DNA of 64,000 nucleotides from Nitrospirota bacterium (GTDB lineage: Bacteria; Nitrospirota; Thermodesulfovibrionia; Thermodesulfovibrionales; Dissulfurispiraceae), in assembly GCA_963790025.1 (NCBI GenBank), contig CAWBMP010000005.1:352001-416000 (forward strand), given 5' to 3'. Both the position numbers and the translations under genes were made by a program. This document shows, in pieces, positions 1-11,192 of this stretch; position 1 is the stretch's first letter, and each line of letters opens with the position of its first letter. The notes under the pieces were generated by a model. It was not told the DNA's origin, ran no database searches, and was given only the letters and a program-made list of their open reading frames with translations.

Positions 1-2
1 TT

Positions 3-256
3 GCCGTAGCCGAAGCCAAAAGGCTTTCCATCCCGATCGTTGCCGTTGTTGACACCAATTGCGATCCTGACGAAATAGATTATGTCATACCGGGTAACGA
101 CGATGCGATACGCGCCATAAAACTTATTTCTTCAAAGGTGGCCAATGCTATTCTTGAGAGCAAGAACGAACTCGAAAAAGCAAAAGAAGACGAGGCTGCT
201 AAACAGGAAATGAGCGCAAAGATTGCGGCAGACGAGGGCAAGGAGGTAGCTGCAGA

Positions 257-260
<4 letters not shown>
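3..260 (+). CDS. rpsB: 30S ribosomal protein S2, C-terminal part (5' truncated by window)
   Basis: Frame 3 translated by hand: [39 protein letters not shown]...; stop overlaps tsf start (ATGA). Confidence 0.97.
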
Positions 261-1622
<1,362 letters not shown>

Positions 1623-1626
1623 GAAA

Positions 1627-2181
1627 ATGCAGGAGATTAATAGAAAGACTACCGACAAAATGAATGGAGCAGTGGAGGCACTGAAGAAGGAACTTGTTTC
1701 CATAAGGACGGGAAGGGCGTCTCTTTCATTGCTGGATGGAATAATTGTTGATTATTACGGCACTCAAACGCCCATAAGCCAGGTCGCAACTCTTGGGATG
1801 CCCGATGTTAAATCGATAACTATCCAGCCCTGGGAGCAAAAACTTATTCCCGAAATAGAAAAGGCGATTCTCAAATCCGATCTTGGGCTGACCCCCGGAA
1901 ATGACGGCAAAACGATCCGGCTGAACATCCCTGCCCTGACAGAGGAAAGAAGGAAACAGTTGGTTAAAGTAGTGCGGAAAAGGGCCGAAGAAGCTAAAAT
2001 CGCCGTGCGAAATATACGAAGGGACATAATAGATAATGTGAAGAAGTCGGAGAAAGAACAACACCTGAGCGAGGATGATGTAAAAAAACTCCAGGAAGAG
2101 ATACAGAAGATCACTGATTCATTTATTGCTAAAGTGGATGAGGTCCTTCGGCATAAGGAAAAAGAGATCATGGAGGTCTGA
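1627..2181 (+). CDS. frr: Ribosome recycling factor
   Basis: [27 protein letters not shown] at 1627. Confidence 0.98.
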   Translation: MQEINRKTTDKMNGAVEALKKELVSIRTGRASLSLLDGIIVDYYGTQTPISQVATLGMPDVKSITIQPWEQKLIPEIEKAILKSDLGLTPGNDGKTIRLNIPALTEERRKQLVKVVRKRAEEAKIAVRNIRRDIIDNVKKSEKEQHLSEDDVKKLQEEIQKITDSFIAKVDEVLRHKEKEIMEV

Positions 2182-2182
2182 A

Positions 2183-2332
2183 ATGGCTGTTAACAACAAC
2201 TATATTGTTAAGGTAACCGATGCGAAGCTGCCCGATGTGCAAAAAGCCCTCGAACAGGCTGGCATAAAGGTCAGAAGCATTGTTGAAATATTTAAAGAAG
2301 AAGCACCCGCTGAAAAAGAAGTTAAAAGTTAA
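2183..2332 (+). CDS. Small hypothetical protein (49 aa)
   Basis: ATG 1 nt after frr stop, GGAGG upstream; MAVNNNYIVKVTDAKLPDVQKALEQAGIKVRSIVEIFKEE... Confidence 0.7.
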   Translation: MAVNNNYIVKVTDAKLPDVQKALEQAGIKVRSIVEIFKEEAPAEKEVKS

Positions 2333-2393
2333 AAGTAAAAAGTTAAAGGATTTAAAGAAAATGTCATCTGTCTGTCTACTTTACTTTTAACTT
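2319..2393. repeat. Tandem-heptamer palindrome (AAGTTAA/AAGTAAA units)
   Basis: AAGTTAA AAGTTAA AAGTAAA AAGTTAA ... TACTTTACTTTTAACTT (inverted arm). Confidence 0.75.
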
Positions 2394-2415
2394 GTCGTTA
2401 GGGGAAGGAGGAATT

Positions 2416-2877
2416 ATGCCGGACAAGGCAAAAGGAAAAACAAAAAAAATATCGGAAGAAAAGCCTCAAAAGAAATCAAAGAAGTCTGCCGAAGATGAAA
2501 GTTCGCGTAAAGAACGGTTGAGGAAGCTGTTGATTCACAGGAGAGAGGAAATAATCAGGGAGGCAAAAACCGAGATAAAGAAATTCAAGTCCGGCGAAAA
2601 TAAACAGCTTGTTGAGAGTGTGATGGATGATGGAGACCTATCTGTCGTTGATCTGGCGGAGGACATCAGCCTGAAGCAGCTCAGCACGCACAGAGATACG
2701 CTTATCAAAATCGATGCTGCTATCCGTAAGCTTGAGGAAGGCACATACGGGATATGCGAAGAATGCGGCGAAGAGATCAGCGAGGAACGGCTGAAAATAA
2801 TGCCCTTTGCAATTTACTGCCGGGACGACCAGGAAAAAAAAGAAATAATGGAAAAGATCGAACGGGAAGAGCGATAA
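2416..2877 (+). CDS. DksA/TraR family protein
   Basis: Coiled coil with DDGDLS tip, GTYGICEECGEEISEERL...PFAIYCRDDQ; GGAGG before ATG 2416. Confidence 0.9.
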   Translation: MPDKAKGKTKKISEEKPQKKSKKSAEDESSRKERLRKLLIHRREEIIREAKTEIKKFKSGENKQLVESVMDDGDLSVVDLAEDISLKQLSTHRDTLIKIDAAIRKLEEGTYGICEECGEEISEERLKIMPFAIYCRDDQEKKEIMEKIEREER

Positions 2878-2885
2878 AACTGTGC

Positions 2886-3653
2886 TCAGTAGTTGACCCG
2901 TTCAAGGAAAAGACCTTTTGCCGGTGCTGTGGGGCCTGCAAGCTTTCTGTCCCTGGAGTTAAGAAGTTCAGGAATCATTTCGGCCCCAAGCCTCCCTTTT
3001 CCGACTTCAACGATTGTTCCTGCAATATTTCTCACCATATGCCTCAAGAAAGCGTCTCCTTCAATCCGCAGCTTTAGAAATTTGCCTCGTATCCCGGTTG
3101 TCATGAAATCGATGACATCGATTTTTTCTACAGAGCTGTAAAATATTGTCCTTGTAGGAGTTTTTGCACCGCATCCATGTGCCCTGAATGATGTGAAGTC
3201 GTGGGTCCCCTGCAATAGACTGATGGCGCTGCACATTACGTGAAAATCGAGGTCCTGGGGTATCCTCCATGCATAGTTACAGACAAATGGAGACAGTACC
3301 TGCATGTTGGCTATAATATAAAAATAGACCTTTCCTTTTGCGTCATATCGCGGATGAAAAGACTCATCGATATCGAGTGCTTCCGTGATTTTTATGTCCC
3401 GCGGGAGCAGGGCATTGAGCGCGGTTCTGATGGTGTCGCATGGGAGTCTTGATACTGTTTTAAATGATGCCACCTGTGCAAGTGCGTGCACCCCAGCATC
3501 GGTCCTCCCTGCTGCAATAACAGGGACCTGTTCGCCCGTTATTTTCGCAATTCTTTCCTGCAGGACCCCTTGTATAGTCAGCCCTTCGCGCTGAATTTGC
3601 CAGCCGCGATAGCGCGTTCCATCATACTCAATAACCAGTTTTACATTTCTCAT
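2886..3653 (-). CDS. truA: tRNA pseudouridine(38-40) synthase
   Basis: IEYDGTRYRGWQ, AGRTDAGVHA, FLRHMVRNI. Confidence 0.97.
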   Translation of the reverse strand: MRNVKLVIEYDGTRYRGWQIQREGLTIQGVLQERIAKITGEQVPVIAAGRTDAGVHALAQVASFKTVSRLPCDTIRTALNALLPRDIKITEALDIDESFHPRYDAKGKVYFYIIANMQVLSPFVCNYAWRIPQDLDFHVMCSAISLLQGTHDFTSFRAHGCGAKTPTRTIFYSSVEKIDVIDFMTTGIRGKFLKLRIEGDAFLRHMVRNIAGTIVEVGKGRLGAEMIPELLNSRDRKLAGPTAPAKGLFLERVNY

Positions 3654-3733
3654 AATGAATAGTGTACTGAAAATGTGCAGGTGATGTCAGTAGGGGGTAG
3701 CAGGACAGCCGATTGTGATATAATTTTAGCAGC

Positions 3734-4363
3734 ATGTCAAAAAGTGCACGCCTCCGTTTCCCCGATGATGAGAAGCGACTCCAATGGCTCCCTCTGCTTT
3801 TGGATGCGTTTGCCATTATTGATGAAGGAATATCTGCAGCTATCCGGGACCATGAGAAGAAATTCAAAAGCAGGCTCGCCTGCAAGAAAGGTTGCGGGTC
3901 GTGCTGCCGGACTCATAATGATATCCCCCTCTACCCTTTGGAAATGGTGGGGATTTATTGGCATACCATCGAAAAGTTAGACCAGCCTTTGCGCGGCATT
4001 ATAAAAAAACAACTGGTGGAACACCGTAAAGGCGGCGCATGTCCTTTTCATTGGGACAACGCCTGTTCCATTCATACCATCCGTCCAATAGCTTGCAGGC
4101 AGTTCAACGTGTTCGCCGCGCCCTGCTCCGAAGGCGAAGACCCATACTACACACGAAGGAAGGATGTCCTGACGCCGTTTGAAAAATACACTCATAGGGC
4201 AATTATGGTCATGCTGCCGTTTTACGGCATCACTGACGAATCGGCTAAAGCCCGCGCCGTCGAAACAGGCTTCATTCACTCCCAGGCGCGCGTACTTCAG
4301 GCTTGCAACTGGATAGAACTGGCCATAAAGATGGACCAATTCAATTTCAATAAAAAGCGGTGA
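3734..4363 (+). CDS. YkgJ-family cysteine-cluster protein
   Basis: CKKGCGSCC and CPF...CSIHTIRPIACRQF motifs. Confidence 0.85.
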   Translation: MSKSARLRFPDDEKRLQWLPLLLDAFAIIDEGISAAIRDHEKKFKSRLACKKGCGSCCRTHNDIPLYPLEMVGIYWHTIEKLDQPLRGIIKKQLVEHRKGGACPFHWDNACSIHTIRPIACRQFNVFAAPCSEGEDPYYTRRKDVLTPFEKYTHRAIMVMLPFYGITDESAKARAVETGFIHSQARVLQACNWIELAIKMDQFNFNKKR

Positions 4364-4394
4364 ATGGGTAAATGGTGCCCATTTACCCATTCAC
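4360..4394. repeat. Perfect 16-bp hairpin made of two octamer units; possible terminator
   Basis: GTGAATGGGTAAATGG-TGC-CCATTTACCCATTCAC overlapping the stop codon. Confidence 0.85.
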
Positions 4395-4484
4395 TCATAA
4401 AGAGTATAATACTAACAGCAATAATAGGCCCAGTGAAAGCCCTGTTAACAGGGCATTATTCTAGGGCCGGGAAAGGGGTTTGCA

Positions 4485-5267
4485 GTGATACGGCACACAT
4501 TCTCGCTGCTTAACGGCATAGGAGAGAAACTTGAGCGCACTATATGGAAAAAGAAAATACTTACATGGGATGACTTTTGCGGGTGGAGTGAAATAGAGGG
4601 GATAAGCCCTGAAAGGAAAAGGATTTACGACGATCAGCTGACCCAGGCATCGATGGAACTCAGCGTGGGTAATGCGGAATATTTTGCCAGGATAATGAAG
4701 CGAAGGGAGCACTGGCGGCTTTTCGATGTTTTTAAGGATGGGGCCGTCTGTCTTGATATCGAGACCAATGGCTTTCAGCCGGACCACGGCGGATATGTAA
4801 CGGTTGTAGGGCTCTATGACGGCTACGAAGAACACTCACTGATACGGGGGGAGAATTTGACTGCAGACAGCCTTAGCCGTGCGTTGAAAGGATACAAGTG
4901 TCTGGTTACGTTTTATGGGGCTGCTTTCGATGTCCCTTTTCTTCTGCGGTCCTTTCCGGGAGTCAGGTTTGACATTCCCCATTTCGACCTCTGCTTTGCA
5001 GCCAGGAAGCTCGAAATCAACGGAGGGTTGAAAAAACTTGAGACATTGTTCGGGATAGAGAGGGACGATGTTGTCAAGGGCATGAACGGCTATGACGCAG
5101 TTAAGTTGTGGGAGCAGGTAAAAAAAGGAAGTATAGAGGCTAAGGAGCTGCTGTTGATGTACAACAGAGAAGATACAACGAACCTGTTGAAACTTGCCGA
5201 TATTTTATATCAGCGGTTAAAGAGTGCGACAGGGATAGAGGAATTTATAGCCTGTGGATATGCTTAA
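4485..5267 (+). CDS. RNase H-like (YprB-type) exonuclease domain protein
   Basis: LDIETNG, VTFYGAAFDVPFL, GGLKKLE, YNREDT; N-terminal GIGEKLE HhH-like segment. Confidence 0.85.
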   Translation: MIRHTFSLLNGIGEKLERTIWKKKILTWDDFCGWSEIEGISPERKRIYDDQLTQASMELSVGNAEYFARIMKRREHWRLFDVFKDGAVCLDIETNGFQPDHGGYVTVVGLYDGYEEHSLIRGENLTADSLSRALKGYKCLVTFYGAAFDVPFLLRSFPGVRFDIPHFDLCFAARKLEINGGLKKLETLFGIERDDVVKGMNGYDAVKLWEQVKKGSIEAKELLLMYNREDTTNLLKLADILYQRLKSATGIEEFIACGYA

Positions 5268-6186
5268 TAGCAGTGACCGGGTTGAAGTTCAAAGGCCGGT
5301 GTCAGCCCGCCGCACGTTATTGGAACAGTTTATTGCTTACCTTTCTACTGAAAGAGGACTGTCCAGGAATACGGTGGCGTCTTATTCGCTGGACTTGCAG
5401 TCCTTCGGCAACTTCCTGTCGGAGAACGGCAGGGATTACGCATCTTTCGCGAGGGAGGACATAGTCAACTTTATCGGCAGACTGAAGGACAGCGGCTATT
5501 CTCCGGCCAGTATATGCAGGTTTATTTCTTCGATAAAAGGGTTTTGCAAGTATCTGGTCACTGAAAAGATCATTGCCGATAACCCTTCTGAAACCCTTAG
5601 AATGCCGCGCCAATGGGAAAGGCTGCCCAAGGCACTAAGTATGGATGATACGAAGAAAGTGCTTGAAGCAGAAGTAAAAAGCAGCATGTTTATAAGGGAT
5701 GCCGCGATGCTGGAATTATTGTATGCATCCGGGTTGAGAGTCAGCGAAGTCATTACGATAAGGGTCAACGATGTTAATTTTGAGGCTGGTTTTTTGCGGG
5801 TGATGGGTAAGGGCTCCAGGGAAAGGGTAGTGCCCCTGAATCAAAGGGCAGCTGAAAAAATAAAAAGATACATGCATGAACTGAGGCCTGTGCTTTTGGG
5901 CGGCATGCAATCGCCCTATCTGTTCCTGACCGGCAGGGGAAGGCCGATGACAAGGCAGCGTTTTTGGCAGACCCTGAAGAGTTTTGGCAGCAGTGCGAAT
6001 GTAAAGCTGACACCTCATATGCTTAGACATACTTTTGCGACGCACCTTTTGGACGGAGGCGCCGACCTGCGTTCCGTGCAGAAGATGCTTGGACACTCTG
6101 ATATAGCGACGACCCAGATTTATACAAAGGTGTCGTCCGACAGAATTAAAAAAGTCTACCGTGAGTATCATCCCAGGGCAAAATGA
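5260..6186 (+). CDS. xerD: Site-specific tyrosine recombinase XerD
   Basis: ERGLSRNTVASY, LYASGLRVSE, TPHMLRHTFATHLL, LGHSDIATTQIYT. Confidence 0.92.
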   Translation: MLNSSDRVEVQRPVSARRTLLEQFIAYLSTERGLSRNTVASYSLDLQSFGNFLSENGRDYASFAREDIVNFIGRLKDSGYSPASICRFISSIKGFCKYLVTEKIIADNPSETLRMPRQWERLPKALSMDDTKKVLEAEVKSSMFIRDAAMLELLYASGLRVSEVITIRVNDVNFEAGFLRVMGKGSRERVVPLNQRAAEKIKRYMHELRPVLLGGMQSPYLFLTGRGRPMTRQRFWQTLKSFGSSANVKLTPHMLRHTFATHLLDGGADLRSVQKMLGHSDIATTQIYTKVSSDRIKKVYREYHPRAK

Positions 6187-6196
6187 GGAGGCGTTG

Positions 6197-8716
6197 ATGA
6201 CTGAACCGCTTAAACCTGAAGAACTGTATACATGCTGTGATCTTACGGACTTCGATTTTACGACGACACAGGAAGTGAGAGGACTTATTGGAACGATCGG
6301 CCAGAACAAGGCCATGCAGGCCCTGGATTTCGGTCTTAGTCTCGAAAGCCGGGGGTTTAATATTTTTGCTATGGGCGAGGAAGGCACCGGCAAGATGAGC
6401 ACCATCAAAACGCTCTTGCACGACCGGGCGGCAAATGAAAAAATACCTCCTGACTGGTGCTATGTGCACAACTTCAAAAATCCTGATTATCCCCTTGCCA
6501 TTTCGCTTCAACCCGGCAAGGCCGCCGTCTTTCAAAGTGACATGAATGAGCTTGTAAAGATATTAAGGGATGAAATACCAAAATCATTTGATTCCAAGGA
6601 GTACGGAAAGCAGCGGGGCAGGATTATCGAAGAGTTTCAGCAGAAACAGAAAGAACTCTTTGCGGGGCTTGAAGAAGAGGCCCAGTCTAAGGGGTTTGCA
6701 ATAAGGAAAACGGCATCGGGTCTGATGATTGTACCCGTGAAAAAGAACGCCGAGCCGCTGACCGAAGAGGAATTTGAGGCCCTGGATGAAAAGACAAGGA
6801 AAACGGTTGAAGAGGTAGGCAAGTTGTTACAGGAAAAACTGGATGATGTGGTCAGGGCAGTCCGGGAGGCTGAAAAACTCGTAAAGGAGTTGCTTGTCAG
6901 GCTCGAAAGGGAGATTGCTTTGGGCGCGGTGGGGCACCATATCCAGGATATCAAGAGAAAATACACAGACCATGAAAAGATCCTCGATTACCTTAACATT
7001 GTACAGGAGGACATCCTTACCAATCTCGACGATTTCAAGCCTGCCGAAGAACAGGCCCCGGCTTTGCCTTTTATGAAGATGCCGAAGCAGGAAATGTCGT
7101 TTGTCAAATATGCAGTGAATGTATTTGTCAACAACGGTGAGACAAAAGGTGCGCCTGTTGTGCTGGAGAGCAATCCTACCTACCTGAATCTTTTCGGCAG
7201 AATGGAATACAAAGTCCAGTACGGGATGGCGACGACGGATTTCTCGTTGATAAAGCCTGGTTCGCTCCATAAGGCGAACGGCGGATATATTGTGATAAAT
7301 GTCATGGACCTTTTGAAAAACATTTTTTCCTATGATGCGCTGAAGCGCACATTAAGGACCAGGGAAATCAAAATGGAGGATGTATGGGAGCAGTACCGGC
7401 TGGTAAGCACCGCAGGCATGAAACCTGAAGCGCTGCCGCTGGACATCAAGGTAATCCTTGTCGGCAACCCTTACATTTACTACCTGCTTTACAACCTGGA
7501 CGATGAGTACAGGGAGCTTTTTAAGGTCAAGGCCGATTTCGACAGCAGAATGCCGAGGACAAAAGAGAACATGGGTAAATATGCCCTTTTCATCGCCAGT
7601 TGCCAGAAAGAGGAGAACCTGACCCCGTTCGACCGCTCAGGTATGACAAAAATAATCGAATACGGCTCGAGGCTTGCAGAACATCAGGGGAAGCTTTCGA
7701 CGCAGTTCAGCAACATAACGGACCTTATACGCGAGTCACATTATTGGGCAAAAAAAATGGGCGGCGAAATGGTCAAGGCCGAACACGTGGTGAGGGCCAT
7801 CGAAGAGAAAATGCTCAGGGCAAACCGGATTGAGGAACGGATCAGGGAAGCCACGCTGGAGGATACGCTTATTATAAACACCTCCGGCGAAAAGGTCGGA
7901 CAGGTGAACGGGCTCGCGGTGCTTTCCCTGGGTGATTACTCCTTCGGCAAACCGTCAAGGATAACAGCCCTTACTTATACCGGGAAGGCAGGTGTGGTAA
8001 ATATAGAGCGTGAGACAAAGATGAGCGGCAAGATCCATGAAAAGGCGATCATGATAATAACCAGCTATCTGGGAAGCAAATATGCGTTCAATAAGCCTAT
8101 CAGCCTCTCGGCTTCCATCACCTTTGAACAGCTCTATGACATGATAGAGGGAGACAGCGCCACTTGTGCAGAGCTCTACGCGCTCCTTAGCAGCATAGCG
8201 GGTATTCCGTTGAAACAAAGCTTTGCCGTGACCGGCTCAATGGACCAAAACGGCGATGTACAGCCCATCGGCGGCGTGAACGAGAAGATTGAGGGCTTTT
8301 TTGATCTCTGCAAAGACAGGGGCCTGAACGGAAACCATGGTGTGATAATCCCGAGGAGAAATGTAAAAAACCTCATGCTGAGGCAGGATGTGGTCGACGC
8401 TGTGAAAGAGGGCAAGTTCGTTATATATCCTATTGACAGGGTTGAAGAGGGCATGGAGATACTTACAGGGATGAAAGCCGGGGAGGCGGGCGATGACGGG
8501 ACCTATGCTGAAGGAACCGTCAATTACCGCATCATGAAACGTCTCGGGGAAATGGCAGAGGCGATGGAGAAGAAGAAGGAAAAGGAAAGCGAATCGGAAA
8601 ATGCAACAGTTGCGCACAAGCCTGAAGGTGAAAAGAGTTCTGATGAGACCGTTCAGTATCTCTTGAAGAAAGTAGAAGAACTGTCGAAGATGCTTGAGAA
8701 GCGTCAGGAAGGGTAA
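6197..8716 (+). CDS. Lon-like (S16) ATP-dependent protease without membrane domain
   Basis: Walker A GEEGTGK, PGSLHKANGG, catalytic EGDSA...GGVNEKIEG Ser-Lys dyad; GAGGAGG before ATG 6197. Confidence 0.92.
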   Translation: MTEPLKPEELYTCCDLTDFDFTTTQEVRGLIGTIGQNKAMQALDFGLSLESRGFNIFAMGEEGTGKMSTIKTLLHDRAANEKIPPDWCYVHNFKNPDYPLAISLQPGKAAVFQSDMNELVKILRDEIPKSFDSKEYGKQRGRIIEEFQQKQKELFAGLEEEAQSKGFAIRKTASGLMIVPVKKNAEPLTEEEFEALDEKTRKTVEEVGKLLQEKLDDVVRAVREAEKLVKELLVRLEREIALGAVGHHIQDIKRKYTDHEKILDYLNIVQEDILTNLDDFKPAEEQAPALPFMKMPKQEMSFVKYAVNVFVNNGETKGAPVVLESNPTYLNLFGRMEYKVQYGMATTDFSLIKPGSLHKANGGYIVINVMDLLKNIFSYDALKRTLRTREIKMEDVWEQYRLVSTAGMKPEALPLDIKVILVGNPYIYYLLYNLDDEYRELFKVKADFDSRMPRTKENMGKYALFIASCQKEENLTPFDRSGMTKIIEYGSRLAEHQGKLSTQFSNITDLIRESHYWAKKMGGEMVKAEHVVRAIEEKMLRANRIEERIREATLEDTLIINTSGEKVGQVNGLAVLSLGDYSFGKPSRITALTYTGKAGVVNIERETKMSGKIHEKAIMIITSYLGSKYAFNKPISLSASITFEQLYDMIEGDSATCAELYALLSSIAGIPLKQSFAVTGSMDQNGDVQPIGGVNEKIEGFFDLCKDRGLNGNHGVIIPRRNVKNLMLRQDVVDAVKEGKFVIYPIDRVEEGMEILTGMKAGEAGDDGTYAEGTVNYRIMKRLGEMAEAMEKKKEKESESENATVAHKPEGEKSSDETVQYLLKKVEELSKMLEKRQEG

Positions 8717-8737
8717 GGGTCACGCTGAGCCCGGCCC

Positions 8738-9676
8738 ATGGAGCTGTTTCCGAACAGAGGAATTGTCCAGAGAGTGCTTTGGCTCCTGGAAATTGCTGTT
8801 GTTGTCACTCTGTCTTTTCCTCTTGCCGTCCTCCCATACAAAAGTGCATTAAAGGCCGGGAAAGTCCTTGGCCTTGTACTTTTTCATGTGTGGGGAGAAA
8901 GGCGTAAGATTGCGGTCGGGAATATTGAAAAATCGATCCGGACTGGAGCACTTCCGGCATCGGGATTATTATCACCTACGGAAGCGGCTGCAAGGATTGC
9001 GAGAGAGAGTTTTATTAATTTCGGGCAATCCTTTGCCGAGGTTGTCAAGATTTATTATGGCTTTGGCGATTTCCTGGTTCATAGTGTTTTAGTCAGGGGA
9101 GACGAACATTTTAGTAAAGCAAAAGCGAAAGGGCTGGGAGTTATCATTATCACCGGACATTGCGGCAACTGGGAACTCATGGCGCTGGCCTTTGGTATTA
9201 AGGTCGCCCCTGCTTCTGTTGTGGCACGGGTACAGGATAACCCTTATATAAACCGCATGATAGAGAAGGTCCGGGCGCGGTACGGTAACAGCGTTATCTA
9301 TAAGAAAGGTGCCTTGAAGGGGATACTTTCATGCTTGAAAAAAGAAGGTGTGGTAGGGATTCTGATGGACCAGGCAGTTATAAAAGATGAGGGTTTTATT
9401 GTAGACTTTCTGGGCAGGGGAGCGTGGACCACCAGGATGCCCGCTCTTATTGCCAGGAAGACCGGGGCCCCGGTAATCCCGGTATTCATTAACAGGGAGG
9501 GCGCCGCTCACGTGATTACAATTTATCCTGAGGTTCAGTTAAGAAGGGAAGATGGCGTTGAGGCGCTTAAAGAGGATACGCAGCTCCTGAGCAATTATGT
9601 TGATGAGTGCATAAGGCAGCACCCTACGGAATGGCTGTGGATACACAGACGATGGAAGAGGGTCTATGAAAGCTAA
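8738..9676 (+). CDS. Lipid A biosynthesis acyltransferase (LpxL/HtrB family)
   Basis: TGHCGNWE, ILMDQ, PTEWLWIHRRWK. Confidence 0.9.
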   Translation: MELFPNRGIVQRVLWLLEIAVVVTLSFPLAVLPYKSALKAGKVLGLVLFHVWGERRKIAVGNIEKSIRTGALPASGLLSPTEAAARIARESFINFGQSFAEVVKIYYGFGDFLVHSVLVRGDEHFSKAKAKGLGVIIITGHCGNWELMALAFGIKVAPASVVARVQDNPYINRMIEKVRARYGNSVIYKKGALKGILSCLKKEGVVGILMDQAVIKDEGFIVDFLGRGAWTTRMPALIARKTGAPVIPVFINREGAAHVITIYPEVQLRREDGVEALKEDTQLLSNYVDECIRQHPTEWLWIHRRWKRVYES

Positions 9677-10430
9677 AGAGATAATCAGCGATCTGCAGGA
9701 TTATTACCTGCTTGCACTCCGGGGCCTTGCAGGCACGGTCACGAAGCCTTTTTATTTCAGGGACACTATTGAACAAATGGATTACGCCGGTGCAGGATCT
9801 TTTTTAATCATTGTGCTTGTGTCACTTTTTATCGGAATGGCGCTTGCACTCCAGCTGTCTGCCGAGTTCTCGCGGCTGGGGCTCAAAATGTATACCGGCA
9901 AGGCAGTCGGCATAACAATCATCAGGGAAGTCGGCCCGGTAATGGCTGCCCTGGTATTTACAGGGCGGGTTGGGGCAGGAATGGCATCGGAATTGGGGTC
10001 CATGGTGCTGGGCCACCAGGTGGACTCTCTTAGGGTCTTTGGCGTGGACCCGATAAAGAAACTGGTGACGCCACGGATAATCACTTCGATAATCATGCTG
10101 CCGGTCCTGACTATAATTGGCGATGCGCTCTCTATTTTCGGGGCATATTATGTCGTTGTATTTGTAAGTAACCAGAGCGGCTATGTCTACTGGAGGGCCA
10201 TTCGTGATGTCCTGATTTTTGAGAACGTTGTTGCCGGCACTGTCAAGCCTTTCATTTTCGGGTTCCTGATATCCAGTATCAGCTGTTATAGCGGATTGAC
10301 GACCACGGGGGGCGCAATAGGCCTCAGACGTGCCACAACGCGTGCTGTTGTATTTTCCATCATAGTGATTATCATCTCCGATTTCACGCTCACCCGGATA
10401 TTGCTCTACGTGTTGGGGTTCTCGGTATGA
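9666..10430 (+). CDS. mlaE: MlaE-family ABC permease
   Basis: REVGPV, GRVGAGMASELGSM, GGAIGLRRATTRAVV. Confidence 0.92.
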   Translation: MKAKEIISDLQDYYLLALRGLAGTVTKPFYFRDTIEQMDYAGAGSFLIIVLVSLFIGMALALQLSAEFSRLGLKMYTGKAVGITIIREVGPVMAALVFTGRVGAGMASELGSMVLGHQVDSLRVFGVDPIKKLVTPRIITSIIMLPVLTIIGDALSIFGAYYVVVFVSNQSGYVYWRAIRDVLIFENVVAGTVKPFIFGFLISSISCYSGLTTTGGAIGLRRATTRAVVFSIIVIIISDFTLTRILLYVLGFSV

Positions 10431-11164
10431 TAATCTTCGACCACATAAGCTTTTCTTACGGTCAGCGCATTGTTTTAAATGACGTAAGTTTCTCCCTCAA
10501 TGCCGGTGAGAGGGTAGCCATACTCGGCGGCAGCGGGGAGGGCAAGACTACGATACTGAAACTTATACTCGGGCTTCTGAGGCCGGATTCCGGCAGAATC
10601 ATGATTTATGGACAGGACATAACCAATAAAACCGAGAGGGAACTCAGGGACGTTCGCATGAAGTTCAGCATTGTCTTTCAGGAAGGGGCGCTTTTTGATT
10701 CATTGAATGTGAAGGAGAACGTGGCGTTTTGCCTGAGGGAGTATACACAACTCGGGGAGGAAGAAATAGTCAGCCGTGTACGGGAGTTACTGAGGATTGT
10801 TGGAGTTGAGCAGGCAATTGATCTCATGCCCGACGAATTGAGCGGGGGCATGCACAGGAGAGTTGCCGTTGCACGTTCTCTTGCGGCTTGCGACCCGATA
10901 ATGTTTCTGTACGACGAACCGACTTCCGGGCTTGATCCTATAAATGCAGACACCATTACCCGGCTTATTGTCGATCTGTCGAGTAATGAAAAGGGTTTTA
11001 TCATTGTTACGCATAAAGTGTATGATGCTCTGAAGGTGGCGGACCGGTTCCTGTTTTTGCAAAATGGCGTTATCGTATTCGATGGGGATAGAGAGGAGCT
11101 TCTGCATACGACTATTCCTGAAATAAGGTTATTTATGAGAGAACTCCAGGTGGTGTACGGATGA
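10427..11164 (+). CDS. mlaF: MlaF-family ABC ATPase
   Basis: GGSGEGKT, VFQEGALFDSL, LSGGM, YDEPTSGLDP. Confidence 0.9.
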   Translation: MIIFDHISFSYGQRIVLNDVSFSLNAGERVAILGGSGEGKTTILKLILGLLRPDSGRIMIYGQDITNKTERELRDVRMKFSIVFQEGALFDSLNVKENVAFCLREYTQLGEEEIVSRVRELLRIVGVEQAIDLMPDELSGGMHRRVAVARSLAACDPIMFLYDEPTSGLDPINADTITRLIVDLSSNEKGFIIVTHKVYDALKVADRFLFLQNGVIVFDGDREELLHTTIPEIRLFMRELQVVYG

Positions 11165-11192
11165 CAAATTTTTTTGGCGCGGGGGGAGCACC

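Noticed and set aside
5260..6186. Tyrosine recombinase as a prophage or island integrase
   Set aside because: Sequence is typical XerD in a housekeeping operon; no att repeats, tRNA or phage genes nearby.
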